Positions 22,512 through 32,218 of a DNA stretch of 42,374 nt are shown here, one piece after another. The notes beneath the pieces were generated by a model. The model searched no databases. It was not told where the DNA came from and saw only the letters and a list, made by a program, of their open reading frames with translations. The position numbers and the translations under genes are program-made. The stretch comes from Kofleriaceae bacterium. GTDB lineage: Bacteria > Myxococcota_A > Polyangia > Haliangiales > Haliangiaceae. Location of the stretch: NCBI GenBank assembly GCA_965215005.1, contig CBDCCZ010000053.1:1-42374 (forward strand). Reading direction: 5' to 3'. Each line of letters starts with the position of its first letter. Positions within the stretch are counted from its first letter, which is position 1.

Positions 22512-22966
22512 GATGTTGGTTATAGACTAGCGGAGCCGCTGATTGTCTCAGCAGCGCAAGCCTTTGGAACCTATTCACCCTGCGTCGCATAGAGACGGAG
22601 TCAGTTTCTGCCTCCCGCGGTGGGAAACCTGCGGCACGCGGTGATGTTGCTGGGGCACGGACGAGAACGCCATCCATCGGTGCCTAAGCCGCTCGAGTCT
22701 CGTCGATCGCCGGCATATCCCGCTCGACCCGCCTATATGGCCGAGTGCGTAGACAGTTGAGCGATAGCGACGTGACGCGCGGCCCTACTTGCTGCCCGCG
22801 CTGGTAGCCGTCAACTCTGGCGCGGTATGGCCGGCTTGGCATCGGAGAAGCCGGCCCCTCGCAGTTCAGCCACGGCACTGCGGCGGAGCTCCAGCGGTCG
22901 CCGTTGATGCCGCCCGACGCGTGGCAGGAACATGCCCGCACAAGGCGAAAGTTGCTGGCTCGGGTG

Positions 22967-24544
22967 TCACTGGCGGAGCTGTTTGCAGGCTTGCTGCTCG
23001 CGCTTGGCTAGGGCGGGTTCGTCGGTGCGGGCGTAGGCTTCGGCTAGGCCGCAGCGGACGCTGGGATCGAAGGGGCTCACTCGCAGGGCGACCTCGAAGG
23101 CTTCGCGGGCGGCGACGGGATCGTCGGTGGCCATGTAGGCGATGCCCAGGGTGGTGTAGGGGGCGGCGTCGTGTTCATCGGCTTCTGCCAAGGGGCGGGC
23201 GAGCTCGATGGCGCGCGGGTATTTCTTTAGCTCGAGGTACGTGCGGCTGAGTTTTGCGGCGACGAAGGGGTCGCCCGCGCCGACGATGGCCAGTGCTTTC
23301 TCGTACTCAACGGCTGCCGCTTGCGATAGGCCGCGCGCGCGCAAGATGCCGCCGAGTCGGGCGAAGTTGCGTCCTTTGTCGCTGCCGATTTCTTCGACGC
23401 CGACGTTCTCGTCTTCTTTGCCGCCTTTGTCGAAGCGAATCCGGTCTTGTTGGGCGCGAGCAGCGTAGGTGCGTGAGGGTCGCAAGCCGCGGCCGCGCAA
23501 GTAGCGTTTCCAGTCGCGCTCGACTGCTTCCCAGGGCTCTGCGACCACTTCTGAGACGGCTCGGCGCGCGCTCTTGCCGTCGCGCTGCAGCTCGATGATG
23601 CGACGCAGTCCGCTGTAGCCAATTTTGCCGTGCAAGTAGGTCATCATGGTGAAGACCTCGGCGTAAGCGAGTGCCGCTGCCTGCTGACTTGGCAGCTTGG
23701 CCATCGAAGGATGCATCTCGTCGAACGTGATGAGCTTGCGGCTCTGTAGAGCTGTCGCCAAGAGGTGCTCGTCGGGCTCGGAGAGACGATCGCTGAGGGC
23801 CTCACGCCAGCGGGTTTGTTGCATTCGCGCCAGGCCCTCGTGGAACCATACGGGCACGCGATCGTGGCTCATCTGCGAGACCACGTAGTGCAGATATTCA
23901 TGCACGAGCGTGTCCATCCACGGATAGCCAAACAGGGTCGCCCGTGGCGATACCACCATAAGCTTGCCGTATTTGCACAGCGCGATGGTGCCGGTGGTCT
24001 CAATGTCGGCTTCGGTGAGCGGCGAGAGCTGCGCCAGGTCCGAAGGGCGAGCGAGCAGCTCGACGCGAATCTTCTCGCTCGGGCGCCAGCCGAGATCTTC
24101 GCCAAATGCCGCGTACGCAGCCTCTAAGACCTCGCCAGTGAGATCGACGATGACTTCGTCTTTGCCGGGCGGATAGTAGATGACGAAGTGGCCGCCGCTC
24201 GACTCGCGAAAGACGAAGTCTTTGGTAACTTGATAGGTCGATGCGGCGAGCTCACGAAGCTGCGCAACGTTTCCGGTGTCGGTGTCGTCGCGCAGGCCGT
24301 CGAGAAGCTCGATGGCGCGCGGATAGTTGCCTTCTATGAAGGCTAGCTCGGCCTGTAGATAGCGGGTCTCGGCGCGGTCGGGGGCGCGGGCGGCGAGGCT
24401 TGCGATGAGGACGCGCGCCTCATCATAGCGCCACTCACCTAGCATCCGCGCGGCGCGGATCCAGTCGCCCACGCCGCGCGGCTTGTTCTGAGCGTGCGCT
24501 GTTGACGCCACTAGAACGAACAGCATGACGATGATGATTCTCAA
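22967..24544 (-). CDS. Secreted TPR protein with gluzincin (peptidase MA-like) domain
   Basis: Signal peptide, TLVHEYLH (HExxH) plus PVWFHEGLA, N- and C-terminal TPRs; ATGA overlap with the upstream gene. Confidence 0.88.
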   Translation of the reverse strand: MRIIIVMLFVLVASTAHAQNKPRGVGDWIRAARMLGEWRYDEARVLIASLAARAPDRAETRYLQAELAFIEGNYPRAIELLDGLRDDTDTGNVAQLRELAASTYQVTKDFVFRESSGGHFVIYYPPGKDEVIVDLTGEVLEAAYAAFGEDLGWRPSEKIRVELLARPSDLAQLSPLTEADIETTGTIALCKYGKLMVVSPRATLFGYPWMDTLVHEYLHYVVSQMSHDRVPVWFHEGLARMQQTRWREALSDRLSEPDEHLLATALQSRKLITFDEMHPSMAKLPSQQAAALAYAEVFTMMTYLHGKIGYSGLRRIIELQRDGKSARRAVSEVVAEPWEAVERDWKRYLRGRGLRPSRTYAARAQQDRIRFDKGGKEDENVGVEEIGSDKGRNFARLGGILRARGLSQAAAVEYEKALAIVGAGDPFVAAKLSRTYLELKKYPRAIELARPLAEADEHDAAPYTTLGIAYMATDDPVAAREAFEVALRVSPFDPSVRCGLAEAYARTDEPALAKREQQACKQLRQ

Positions 24545-27500
24545 CGGATGAGCTCCTCGTAATAGCGCTCGACCAAGTCACCGAATCCCTCCGGCGCTTG
24601 CTCCTTTTTCATCGCTTCGAGAATGTCCTCACGGAACCGCTCCGAGGGTTCGTATTCTTCGGCACCGGGTATTCGTATCGGCTCATCGCGCAGTCCTGAG
24701 CCGCTGCGTTGCTGTTGATTGCGCGCGGCGCCGCGACTGTCTTTTTGCGTTTGCTCGAGGGTTTCGGCGGCGCCGCGTGCTTCTTGTCGAGCCGCTGACG
24801 GATCCCGCGCGCCCATCCGCTGCTCGGCGCGGCCCATCTGCTCGCCGGCTCGTCGGAGGCCGCGGCTCATTTCCTCTGCTGCGCGCCCCGGTAGCTCCCC
24901 CGCCATCTGCTCGGCCCGCTCGCCGAGCCGCTGCGCGCGCTCACGCGCCGCCTGCTGGCGCCGCCGCAATCGCTCCATTTGGCGCTTGTCCTCGGCTTCC
25001 ATGATCTGCTCGGGCGCGGGTGCGCGGCCCTCGAGCTCCTTGACCAGCTGCTCGGCAAGCGGCCGCGCGCGGCGAATCTCGCGCAGCGACTCGCGGGTGC
25101 GCTTGCTCCAAGGGGCGTTCTGCTCATCTTCGAGCGCCGCTTGCAGCTCTTCCTCGATGGTTTCCAGACCCGCCCGCGCTTGCTTGGCCATGGACAAGGC
25201 CTCGGCGAGGTCGCCATCGGCGAGCATCGCTTCGATGTCCTCGAGGCGTCGCTCGACGATCGAGAGCTCCTCGCGCGAGAACGGCGTGAGACCGGTGTCG
25301 GGAATGCTCGCAAGACGTCGCCGCAGCGCCTCGAGAGTCGCCGAGAGCTTCTTGCGGGTCTCTTTTGCCTCCTCGCGCATCATCTCGTCGGCGCGCTCGG
25401 CGTAATTCTCCCACAGCCGATCGGCTTCCTCGGCGATGTCGCGTTGGTCTTGCGCCACATCGGCCAGCTCGTCCATGAGGCCGTTCAACTTGCGCTCTTC
25501 GTCGCTGAACTTTTCGCCACGCAGAGCCTTCAATGAGTCCTCCATGGCCGCGCTGGCTTCATCGAGAGCCTGGCTGCATTCGGCCATCTTTCGCTTGGCG
25601 CCCTCGGCATCGCCGGCATCTAGGAGCGCGCGCACCTCGGCCATGCAATCGACGGTTTGCTGGCCCTGCATCGCCTCGGCGTTGACGAATCGATCGAGAA
25701 CATCCTCGGCCATGCCCTGACGCTGCTGGGCAAGCTCCGCGAGCCGCTGTTCTAAGGCGCGCATCTCGCGCTCGAGCTCGGCGCGAATCTCGGGTGAGCC
25801 GGTGCGTGCGAATTCCTCGATGAGCGCGGTGATGCGCTCCTGATGTGCGCGCACCTCATCGTTGATCGCCAGCAGATTCTCCATCTGTTGGCGATCGATC
25901 CAGTCGGCGAGCGTGAGCGTGGCTTGCTCTAGCTCAGCGACGAGCGCACGGTCGGAAGCAGCAATGCGCGCCAAACTCGCCTTCGCGGTGCTACCGCCGC
26001 GCTGTCGCGCCGTTAGCTTGTCGAGAAGCGCCGCTTCGGCGCGCACCAGCTTGTCGAGCCCATCGCGCATCCTCGATAAGGCGGCGCTGAGATCGGCCGC
26101 GGCGAGCGCGTCGTCTTCGAGGGCGGTCAAAAGAGTACCGAGCTCGACCACCAGCGCCGAGGTCTGCCGCTGCAGCGGTTGGTGCGCGAGCACATCCTCG
26201 GGCGCGACGACCAGTCTAGCTCCCAGCGCCGCCACCAGGTTTTCGAACAGCTGGCGTTGTCGCTCGAGGATCTGTTCGTGGCGCTCGCGCGGGCTAAACA
26301 CCCGTAGGTAGAAGGTCTTTGAGTGGCCAACATTGGGCCCGGTGATCGAGTCGTTGTCGGTAGCCTCGAGGTGATACGCCACGCGCACGCCCGGCTCGAG
26401 CTCGACGTCGGCCAAGTCCCAGAGCGTCTTGCCCTGGGCGCTGCGCCGCGCGCGCTCCGGCGCCTCCAGCGGGCGTCGCTGCTCTTGCCCGCCCAGCTCC
26501 CAGACCAGCTCGATCTGCTCGAGGCCGTAGTCGTCTTCGGCGATGTAGGCGAGCTCGATCCGCTTGAGGCTGGTGACGTCGAGCTCATCGGCCGGTGCGT
26601 AGAGCTCGATGCGCGGCGTTTGGTCGGGCTCGAGCTCGATCTCGCGAGGGCGCGCTTCGATGCGCCGGCTGCCATCGGGGGCCTGCACCGTGAAACGATA
26701 CGTGGCGGCATGGTCGACGACGAGCTCGACGTGCAGCCGGTCGTCGGCCACGGTCATCGGCAGCGATGACAGGACGGGCTTTGCGTCGCTAGGCTTGGCG
26801 TCGCCCGCTTCGGCCGCGCCTGCAGACGCGAGCTCGATGGTGGCCGCGGTGGTCGGCGTGAGCGGCCGCGTGCTCATGGTGACCTTGGTGCCGGGCATCG
26901 CGCGAAAATCGCCGCTCGAGGACGGCAGCGTGAGCGATGGGCGGCCGGTGTAGGCCGGAAAATCCAGCGTGATATCGATATCGCCTACCAGCGGCTGATC
27001 GGCGACCTCGGCACCTCCCTCGGAGGTGCGCGGCGGCGCGTCGAGGATCGCGATCCAGCCGGCAATAACGACGTCGGCGACCAGCGAAACAGCGAAGGCC
27101 AGCGTGGCCGCGGCGAGAATCGCGGCTGGTCGTTTGAGAGCGGTACGCGGCGTGAGACTGTCGGGATCGAGACTAGTGAGGCGGCCGGCGGTGTGCTCCA
27201 GGAGCGCGTCGATGAGCGTGGTGCTGCCGCGCGAGATGCGCGCTGGGCGCCCAGTCGCTAGCTGCACCGACGACAATAGGTCGGATGCGACCGCCGGGTG
27301 GCGCAATCCCACAAGCCGCGCAACCGTCTCATCGTTGCGCAACCGGCGCGCTGGCAAAACGATTCCGACCGCCACCACCGCAGCAACGATGGCTCCGGCG
27401 GCAAAGAGGGCTGCCCAGCCGATACCGCGGCCGGCGGAGGCGGAAATGATGCCCGCGAGCAGCGGCGCCAAGGTCGCAACTACCAGCAGCGCGGCGGCGC

Positions 27501-27627
27501 CATAGAGAGCGGCGGACGCCAACGCGCGTCGCTCGAGCCGGCGCCGCACCTGGTCAAGGAAGGCTCGAATCGCCGGATGGTGAATATGCGGAGGTTGCGG
27601 TGACACGAGCTCGGTCGGAAGGGGCAA
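24541..27627 (-). CDS. DUF4175-like large membrane-anchored coiled-coil protein
   Basis: Three N-terminal TM segments, FPAYTG, Ig-like region with AEDDYGL, long Q/E/R-rich coiled coil, C-terminal VERYYEELIR. Start uncertain (TTG 27627 or GTG 27606). Confidence 0.82.
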   Translation of the reverse strand: MPLPTELVSPQPPHIHHPAIRAFLDQVRRRLERRALASAALYGAAALLVVATLAPLLAGIISASAGRGIGWAALFAAGAIVAAVVAVGIVLPARRLRNDETVARLVGLRHPAVASDLLSSVQLATGRPARISRGSTTLIDALLEHTAGRLTSLDPDSLTPRTALKRPAAILAAATLAFAVSLVADVVIAGWIAILDAPPRTSEGGAEVADQPLVGDIDITLDFPAYTGRPSLTLPSSSGDFRAMPGTKVTMSTRPLTPTTAATIELASAGAAEAGDAKPSDAKPVLSSLPMTVADDRLHVELVVDHAATYRFTVQAPDGSRRIEARPREIELEPDQTPRIELYAPADELDVTSLKRIELAYIAEDDYGLEQIELVWELGGQEQRRPLEAPERARRSAQGKTLWDLADVELEPGVRVAYHLEATDNDSITGPNVGHSKTFYLRVFSPRERHEQILERQRQLFENLVAALGARLVVAPEDVLAHQPLQRQTSALVVELGTLLTALEDDALAAADLSAALSRMRDGLDKLVRAEAALLDKLTARQRGGSTAKASLARIAASDRALVAELEQATLTLADWIDRQQMENLLAINDEVRAHQERITALIEEFARTGSPEIRAELEREMRALEQRLAELAQQRQGMAEDVLDRFVNAEAMQGQQTVDCMAEVRALLDAGDAEGAKRKMAECSQALDEASAAMEDSLKALRGEKFSDEERKLNGLMDELADVAQDQRDIAEEADRLWENYAERADEMMREEAKETRKKLSATLEALRRRLASIPDTGLTPFSREELSIVERRLEDIEAMLADGDLAEALSMAKQARAGLETIEEELQAALEDEQNAPWSKRTRESLREIRRARPLAEQLVKELEGRAPAPEQIMEAEDKRQMERLRRRQQAARERAQRLGERAEQMAGELPGRAAEEMSRGLRRAGEQMGRAEQRMGARDPSAARQEARGAAETLEQTQKDSRGAARNQQQRSGSGLRDEPIRIPGAEEYEPSERFREDILEAMKKEQAPEGFGDLVERYYEELIR

Positions 27628-27645
27628 GCCTCGTCGGACCGCCCG

Positions 27646-27654
27646 AGTCTAGCA
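27646..27654 (-). promoter_or_regulatory. Candidate extended -10 element for the DUF4175 operon
   Basis: Minus strand TGcTAGACT, 18 nt upstream of TTG 27627. Confidence 0.35.
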
Positions 27655-27692
27655 GAGGCGCTCCATTGCACCACTGGAGGTGACCAGCTCTG

Positions 27693-28484
27693 ATGGCCGA
27701 CACGCAGCCGCTGCAGCGTGAAGCGCGGCAACATTTGATATATCTTGCGAACGTGAATAAGCGGGCCACGCCAGCGTCCATCGCTCAGCCCGATGAGGAG
27801 CGCGACGGAGCAGAGCAAGCAGATGCCGACAGCACGCCCGCCGCGGCGCGCCGCGAGGCTTCCACTGCCCGCAGCGATCAACCTGCCGACCGCGCCCTCG
27901 TCGATGCCGCCCGCGCTGGCGACCATCAAGCCTTCCGCGAGTTGTTCCAGCGCTATCACCGGCGCGCCTACGGATTGGCGCTGGGGGTCGTGCACAACCC
28001 CGATGATGCCCTCGACATCGTTCAGGATGGCTTCATCAAGGCGCACCGCTATCTCGATCGCTTCGAGGGCAGCTCGAGCTTCTACACCTGGCTCTACCGC
28101 ATCATCATGAATCTCTCGATCGACCATCTGCGTAAACACAAGCGCGCCAGGCACGTCGACTACGACGACGCCATTGGTCACGACGAGGGCGATGGCACCG
28201 TGGGGGATGACGCGTTGTTGCCGCGAGTGCTCGGCGCCAATCCTGGCAAGTCGCTGGCTCGCAAGCAGATTCGCGAGCAGATCAGCGAAGCGCTCGAGAC
28301 GCTGTCAGACAACCACCGCGCGGTGCTGATGATGCGTGAGCTCGAGGGAATGTCCTACGAAGAGATGGCGCAGGTGATGGAGTGTTCCAAGGGCACCATC
28401 ATGTCGCGGTTGTTCCATGCCCGGAAGAACATGCAGAAGAAGCTGCTCGAGCTCATGGGCGGCGACAAGGATCTCGAGGCGTAG
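27693..28484 (+). CDS. ECF RNA polymerase sigma factor (sigma70 group 4)
   Basis: Region 2 [21 protein letters not shown]; region 4 [36 protein letters not shown] upstream. Confidence 0.95.
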   Translation: MADTQPLQREARQHLIYLANVNKRATPASIAQPDEERDGAEQADADSTPAAARREASTARSDQPADRALVDAARAGDHQAFRELFQRYHRRAYGLALGVVHNPDDALDIVQDGFIKAHRYLDRFEGSSSFYTWLYRIIMNLSIDHLRKHKRARHVDYDDAIGHDEGDGTVGDDALLPRVLGANPGKSLARKQIREQISEALETLSDNHRAVLMMRELEGMSYEEMAQVMECSKGTIMSRLFHARKNMQKKLLELMGGDKDLEA

Positions 28485-29087
28485 ATGGACAAGCGCGCGA
28501 CCCACGATGATTTAGACCTGATGTTGCTCGTCGACGGCGAGCTGCCCGCGGCCGATAGTGCGGCGCTGCGCGTGGCGCTGGCTGCCGACGAAGAGGGGCG
28601 GCGCAAGATCGAAGCGCTCGGCCAGGTCGGTGAGGTGCTGCGAACGCACATCGAGCTGCGCTGCGATGAAGCGGAGCCGCGACTGGATCGGCTGTGGCAT
28701 CGCATCGAGCGCACTCTGGCCGCGGATGCCGCGCCGGCCGCGTCAACTGCAACCCCGCGGCCAGGAATCTGGCCTGCCGCGCGAGCATGGCTCGAGCGCT
28801 ATCGCGGCCATATCGCCACCGGTGCAGTCGCGGCGGCGGCGGCGGCGCTGTTAGTGGTGGCGCTGCGTCCAGCCGCTGGGCGGGGTGAGCTCGCGATGAA
28901 TACGCCACCGGCGCAGGCCGTCCCGCAGCAGGTCATGATTTCCGCACCCACACCACCTGAGGTCGAAGAGCTCGAGGTTCCGAGCGGCTCCGGCGCGGTG
29001 TTGACCATTCCGTCGGACCGCGAAGGCGAGGCCGACACCGCGGTGATCTGGGTGACGCCCGCAGATTCCATGGAGGGGCCGCTATGA
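28485..29087 (+). CDS. Putative transmembrane anti-sigma factor
   Basis: Abuts the sigma gene; N-terminal LMLLVDGEL anti-sigma-domain-like helix without Zn ligands, one TM, short periplasmic tail. Confidence 0.75.
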   Translation: MDKRATHDDLDLMLLVDGELPAADSAALRVALAADEEGRRKIEALGQVGEVLRTHIELRCDEAEPRLDRLWHRIERTLAADAAPAASTATPRPGIWPAARAWLERYRGHIATGAVAAAAAALLVVALRPAAGRGELAMNTPPAQAVPQQVMISAPTPPEVEELEVPSGSGAVLTIPSDREGEADTAVIWVTPADSMEGPL

Positions 29088-29572
29088 AACCGATCGCTAT
29101 AACACCGCGCCGCCTGGCGCTCGTGCTCGCATCACTGGTCGCGATGAGTGCGAGCAGCGGCTTTGCGCAGCCGAGCTCCGCGGAGTGTCAGTTCCTCGAG
29201 GTGCGGGCGACCAGCGGCAAGTCCGCGAAAATGGACCCCGCGCTTGCACCGCTCGCGAACAAGCTCACACGCGGTCCCTTCAAGTCCAAGAACACCTTTG
29301 AGCTGCTGGCGCGGCACGCAAGCTCGCTCAGCCTCCTCAAGGCGGTGCCGGTCGATCTGGCGGTGGGAACCATGTCGGTGCTGTTTCGCCAGCACTCCAA
29401 GCCCGAGGGCAAGAAAGACCGGATCACGCTGCAGCTCACCATGGACGACGAAGAGGGCAAGCGAGTGCTCGACACCAAGGTCAATGTCGACGCCGGCGAT
29501 TGGATCTTGGTCGGCCGCTCTCTGAACGCCGACGCCGACCACATTGTCGGCGTTACCTGCAGCGCCAAGTAG
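29084..29572 (+). CDS. Secreted hypothetical protein
   Basis: Signal peptide (..SGFA-Q), two Cys near the termini of the mature part, ATGA overlap and GGAGG SD. Confidence 0.8.
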   Translation: MKPIAITPRRLALVLASLVAMSASSGFAQPSSAECQFLEVRATSGKSAKMDPALAPLANKLTRGPFKSKNTFELLARHASSLSLLKAVPVDLAVGTMSVLFRQHSKPEGKKDRITLQLTMDDEEGKRVLDTKVNVDAGDWILVGRSLNADADHIVGVTCSAK

Positions 29573-29679
29573 CCGCGGTCGTCGGCTCTTCGGGGCACTC
29601 GTGGGTGCCGCAAGGCCCCGTCGCCAGTGGCGCGCATTGCTGCATTCGAGCGGCGCCCAGCTCGTGATATACGAGATCG

Positions 29680-31860
29680 GTGCGCCGCTTCTTCCCGCGC
29701 CGTCGGCTGGCCATCGGCGCTGTCGTTCTTGCAGGCGTGGTGGCGCTGGCGGCTGCTCTGGGACTGGTGCTCTACCCGCGGCTCGGTGCCTGGGCCATCC
29801 GCGCCAAGGCGCTGCCCAAGATCGAGGCGCGCCTGGGCCGCAAGCTCGAGGTCGGCGCCATCGACGTGCGCCGCGGTCAGGCGGTGCTTCGGAACGTGGT
29901 GGTTGCGGGCGCGGCAGCTGAGCGGCCGCTTGCGCAGATTCGCTCGATCGTCGTCGACTACGACTGGGCGGCGTCGCTGCGCGGGCGGGTCGAGCTACAG
30001 CAGGTGGTGCTGTCCGGCGCGCGCGTCTGGCTGCATCGCGATGCAGCCGGGCGCGACAACATCAGCGACGTGCTGGCGCGACTGCGAGGAGACGGCTCCG
30101 GTAGCGGCGGAGGGGGCAGCGCGTCGGCTGTTAAGCTGCGCATTGAACGAGGGGCGCTGGAGGCGCGCGATGACGTCCGCGGCGTTACCGTTGCTATCGA
30201 GAATATTCACGGTACGGCAACGCGGGGCGGCAGCGCAGAGCTGCAATTGGCAGGCATCGCGGCCGAGACGGAGCTTGGCCCGAGCGCGCGCGCTGAGCAG
30301 CTCACAGTCACTGCCGAGCTCGATGCACCCATTGATTCCGCGATAATCACGGTGCGCGGTGGCGAGGCTTCGCTTTGGCCTAAGATGTCGCTATCGGCCA
30401 TCGCCGGGACGATTGCGGCGGGCAATCAGCCGGGCGCTCTCGCCATCGACTTGGCGGGCAGCTACGGCGGCGCTACGGAGCAACTTTGGCAAGCGCGCGG
30501 TTGGCTCGACCCGCGGCGTCGGACTGGCCACGTCACCGTGGCTGCGGAACGTTTCACCCTCGACCGCATCGGTCACGTGCTCAAAGGAACCTCGGTCGTC
30601 GACGTGGCGGAGACGTCGGTCGACTCGCGCCTGGAGGTCGAGGTAACGCCTGGCGAGATTTCCTTCGCTGGCAGTTTCGAGCTGCGCGGCGGCAATGTCT
30701 ATCATCCGATGCTTGCCGAGAAGACGGTGCGGGGCTTGAGCGTCGCCGGCGCGCTGCGCGGCTCGTTCGACCGCAACGCGCGCCGGCTCCGCCTCACCGA
30801 AGCCGAGCTCGAAAGTGGTGGCGTGGTGGCTTCGCTCACCGCGGAGCTGCTCCTGCCGGGGGGCATCGATAGCGGTGCGCGACGCACGATGCCGCGGCTA
30901 GCGGCGCATCTGGTGGTCCCCGCGGTGGCGTGTCAGACGGTGCTCGAGGCGCTGCCGCCTGAGCTCGTGCCGTATCTGCAGGGCTATCGCCTCGGCGGCA
31001 TGTTCGATACCGATGTCGTCGTGGAGATCGACTGGCGCGACTTGCAAGCCACCGTGCTCGACGGCTCGGTGGGCCTGTTGCGCTGCAAGGTCGAGAAGGC
31101 GCCCAAGGACGACCCAGCGGCGCGATTGCGCGCGCCGTTTACGCATTACGTCGAGGTCGAGAAGGACTCGTGGGTGGAGCTGGAAATCGGGCCCGACAAT
31201 CCCGACTTCGTGCCGCTGGGGCTGGTGTCGCCGTATCTGCTCAAGTCGCTCATGACCACCGAAGACAGCGCGTTCTATCATCATCGCGGATTCATCAGCC
31301 GCGAGTTTCGCAGCGCGCTGATCAAGAATCTCGAAGCGGGATATTTCCGCTATGGCGCTTCGTCGATCACGATGCAGGTGGTCAAGAACGTGATCCTGTA
31401 TCGCGAGAAGACGCTTGCGAGAAAGCTTCAGGAGCTGTTTTTTGCCTGGTACATCGAGCAGGTGCTCGACAAGGATCGCATCCTCGAGATCTACGTCAAC
31501 GCTATAGAGTACGGGCCGGGCATTTACGGCATAGGCCCCGCGGCGTGGCACTACTTCGGCAAGTACCCAAGTGTTCTCAATCCGGTGGAGGCGGCGTTCT
31601 TCTCGTCAATCTTGCCCAACCCCAAGCAGCGCTATCGGCAGTACTGCAATGGCCAGCTGTGGGATTGGAGTGAGCGCAAGATCCGCCGCATCCTCGGGCT
31701 GATGCACGAGCGCGACCGCTTGACCGACGAAGAGTACGAGATCTATCGCGACTGGCCGCTGGTGTTCGTGCGTGAGACGGGCCTCGATGCCCGCGAGTGC
31801 AATCGCATGGTGAGCCGGGCGCTCGAGAAGGCGCGGCCCACCAATCCAATGAAGAAGTAG
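29680..31860 (+). CDS. Monofunctional peptidoglycan transglycosylase (GT51) with long AsmA-like N-terminal region
   Basis: TEDSAFYHHRG, GASSITMQVVKN, RKLQE, KDRILEIYVNAIEYG; N-terminal TM; no transpeptidase domain. Confidence 0.88.
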   Translation: MRRFFPRRRLAIGAVVLAGVVALAAALGLVLYPRLGAWAIRAKALPKIEARLGRKLEVGAIDVRRGQAVLRNVVVAGAAAERPLAQIRSIVVDYDWAASLRGRVELQQVVLSGARVWLHRDAAGRDNISDVLARLRGDGSGSGGGGSASAVKLRIERGALEARDDVRGVTVAIENIHGTATRGGSAELQLAGIAAETELGPSARAEQLTVTAELDAPIDSAIITVRGGEASLWPKMSLSAIAGTIAAGNQPGALAIDLAGSYGGATEQLWQARGWLDPRRRTGHVTVAAERFTLDRIGHVLKGTSVVDVAETSVDSRLEVEVTPGEISFAGSFELRGGNVYHPMLAEKTVRGLSVAGALRGSFDRNARRLRLTEAELESGGVVASLTAELLLPGGIDSGARRTMPRLAAHLVVPAVACQTVLEALPPELVPYLQGYRLGGMFDTDVVVEIDWRDLQATVLDGSVGLLRCKVEKAPKDDPAARLRAPFTHYVEVEKDSWVELEIGPDNPDFVPLGLVSPYLLKSLMTTEDSAFYHHRGFISREFRSALIKNLEAGYFRYGASSITMQVVKNVILYREKTLARKLQELFFAWYIEQVLDKDRILEIYVNAIEYGPGIYGIGPAAWHYFGKYPSVLNPVEAAFFSSILPNPKQRYRQYCNGQLWDWSERKIRRILGLMHERDRLTDEEYEIYRDWPLVFVRETGLDARECNRMVSRALEKARPTNPMKK

Positions 31861-31923
31861 GGATTCCTCCGCTCGCTGAAGTTGTCTGATGCGGGCGTCG
31901 CATAGGACGTGCTAGAAGGCGCT

Positions 31924-32217
31924 ATGCGCGGTTTGCAGCTCGCGGTGTTCATTGGTTGCCTGCTCGTGGTTGCGGTGCTTGGTGCGCGCATGAAGGCGGG
32001 GGCGCCCGCTGCCACGACCGAAGTGATCGATGGCCAGGTCGTGGAGACTCCCGGCGTTCGCTCCGGGTTTTGGACCTCGAGCCGGCCCGCCGAAGGCGGC
32101 GCGTATCGCTATCGAATGTTGGGAGTGGGGCTCGGCGTGCTGGCGCTCACCGGCGGAATCGCCGTGCATCTGATCCGCAAACACCGCGCCACCGGCGTGA
32201 ACTCACTGAGCCACTGA
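31924..32217 (+). CDS. Small two-TM hypothetical protein
   Basis: Two hydrophobic segments flanking SGFWTSSRPAEGGAYRYR. Confidence 0.65.
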   Translation: MRGLQLAVFIGCLLVVAVLGARMKAGAPAATTEVIDGQVVETPGVRSGFWTSSRPAEGGAYRYRMLGVGLGVLALTGGIAVHLIRKHRATGVNSLSH

Positions 32218-32218
32218 C

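Noticed and set aside
27728..27748. AT-rich imperfect palindrome GCAACAT-N7-ATCTTGC as an autoregulatory ECF promoter
   Set aside because: AAC-to-CGT spacing is 19 nt (16-17 expected), and it lies inside the sigma CDS if the SD-supported ATG 27693 is right.
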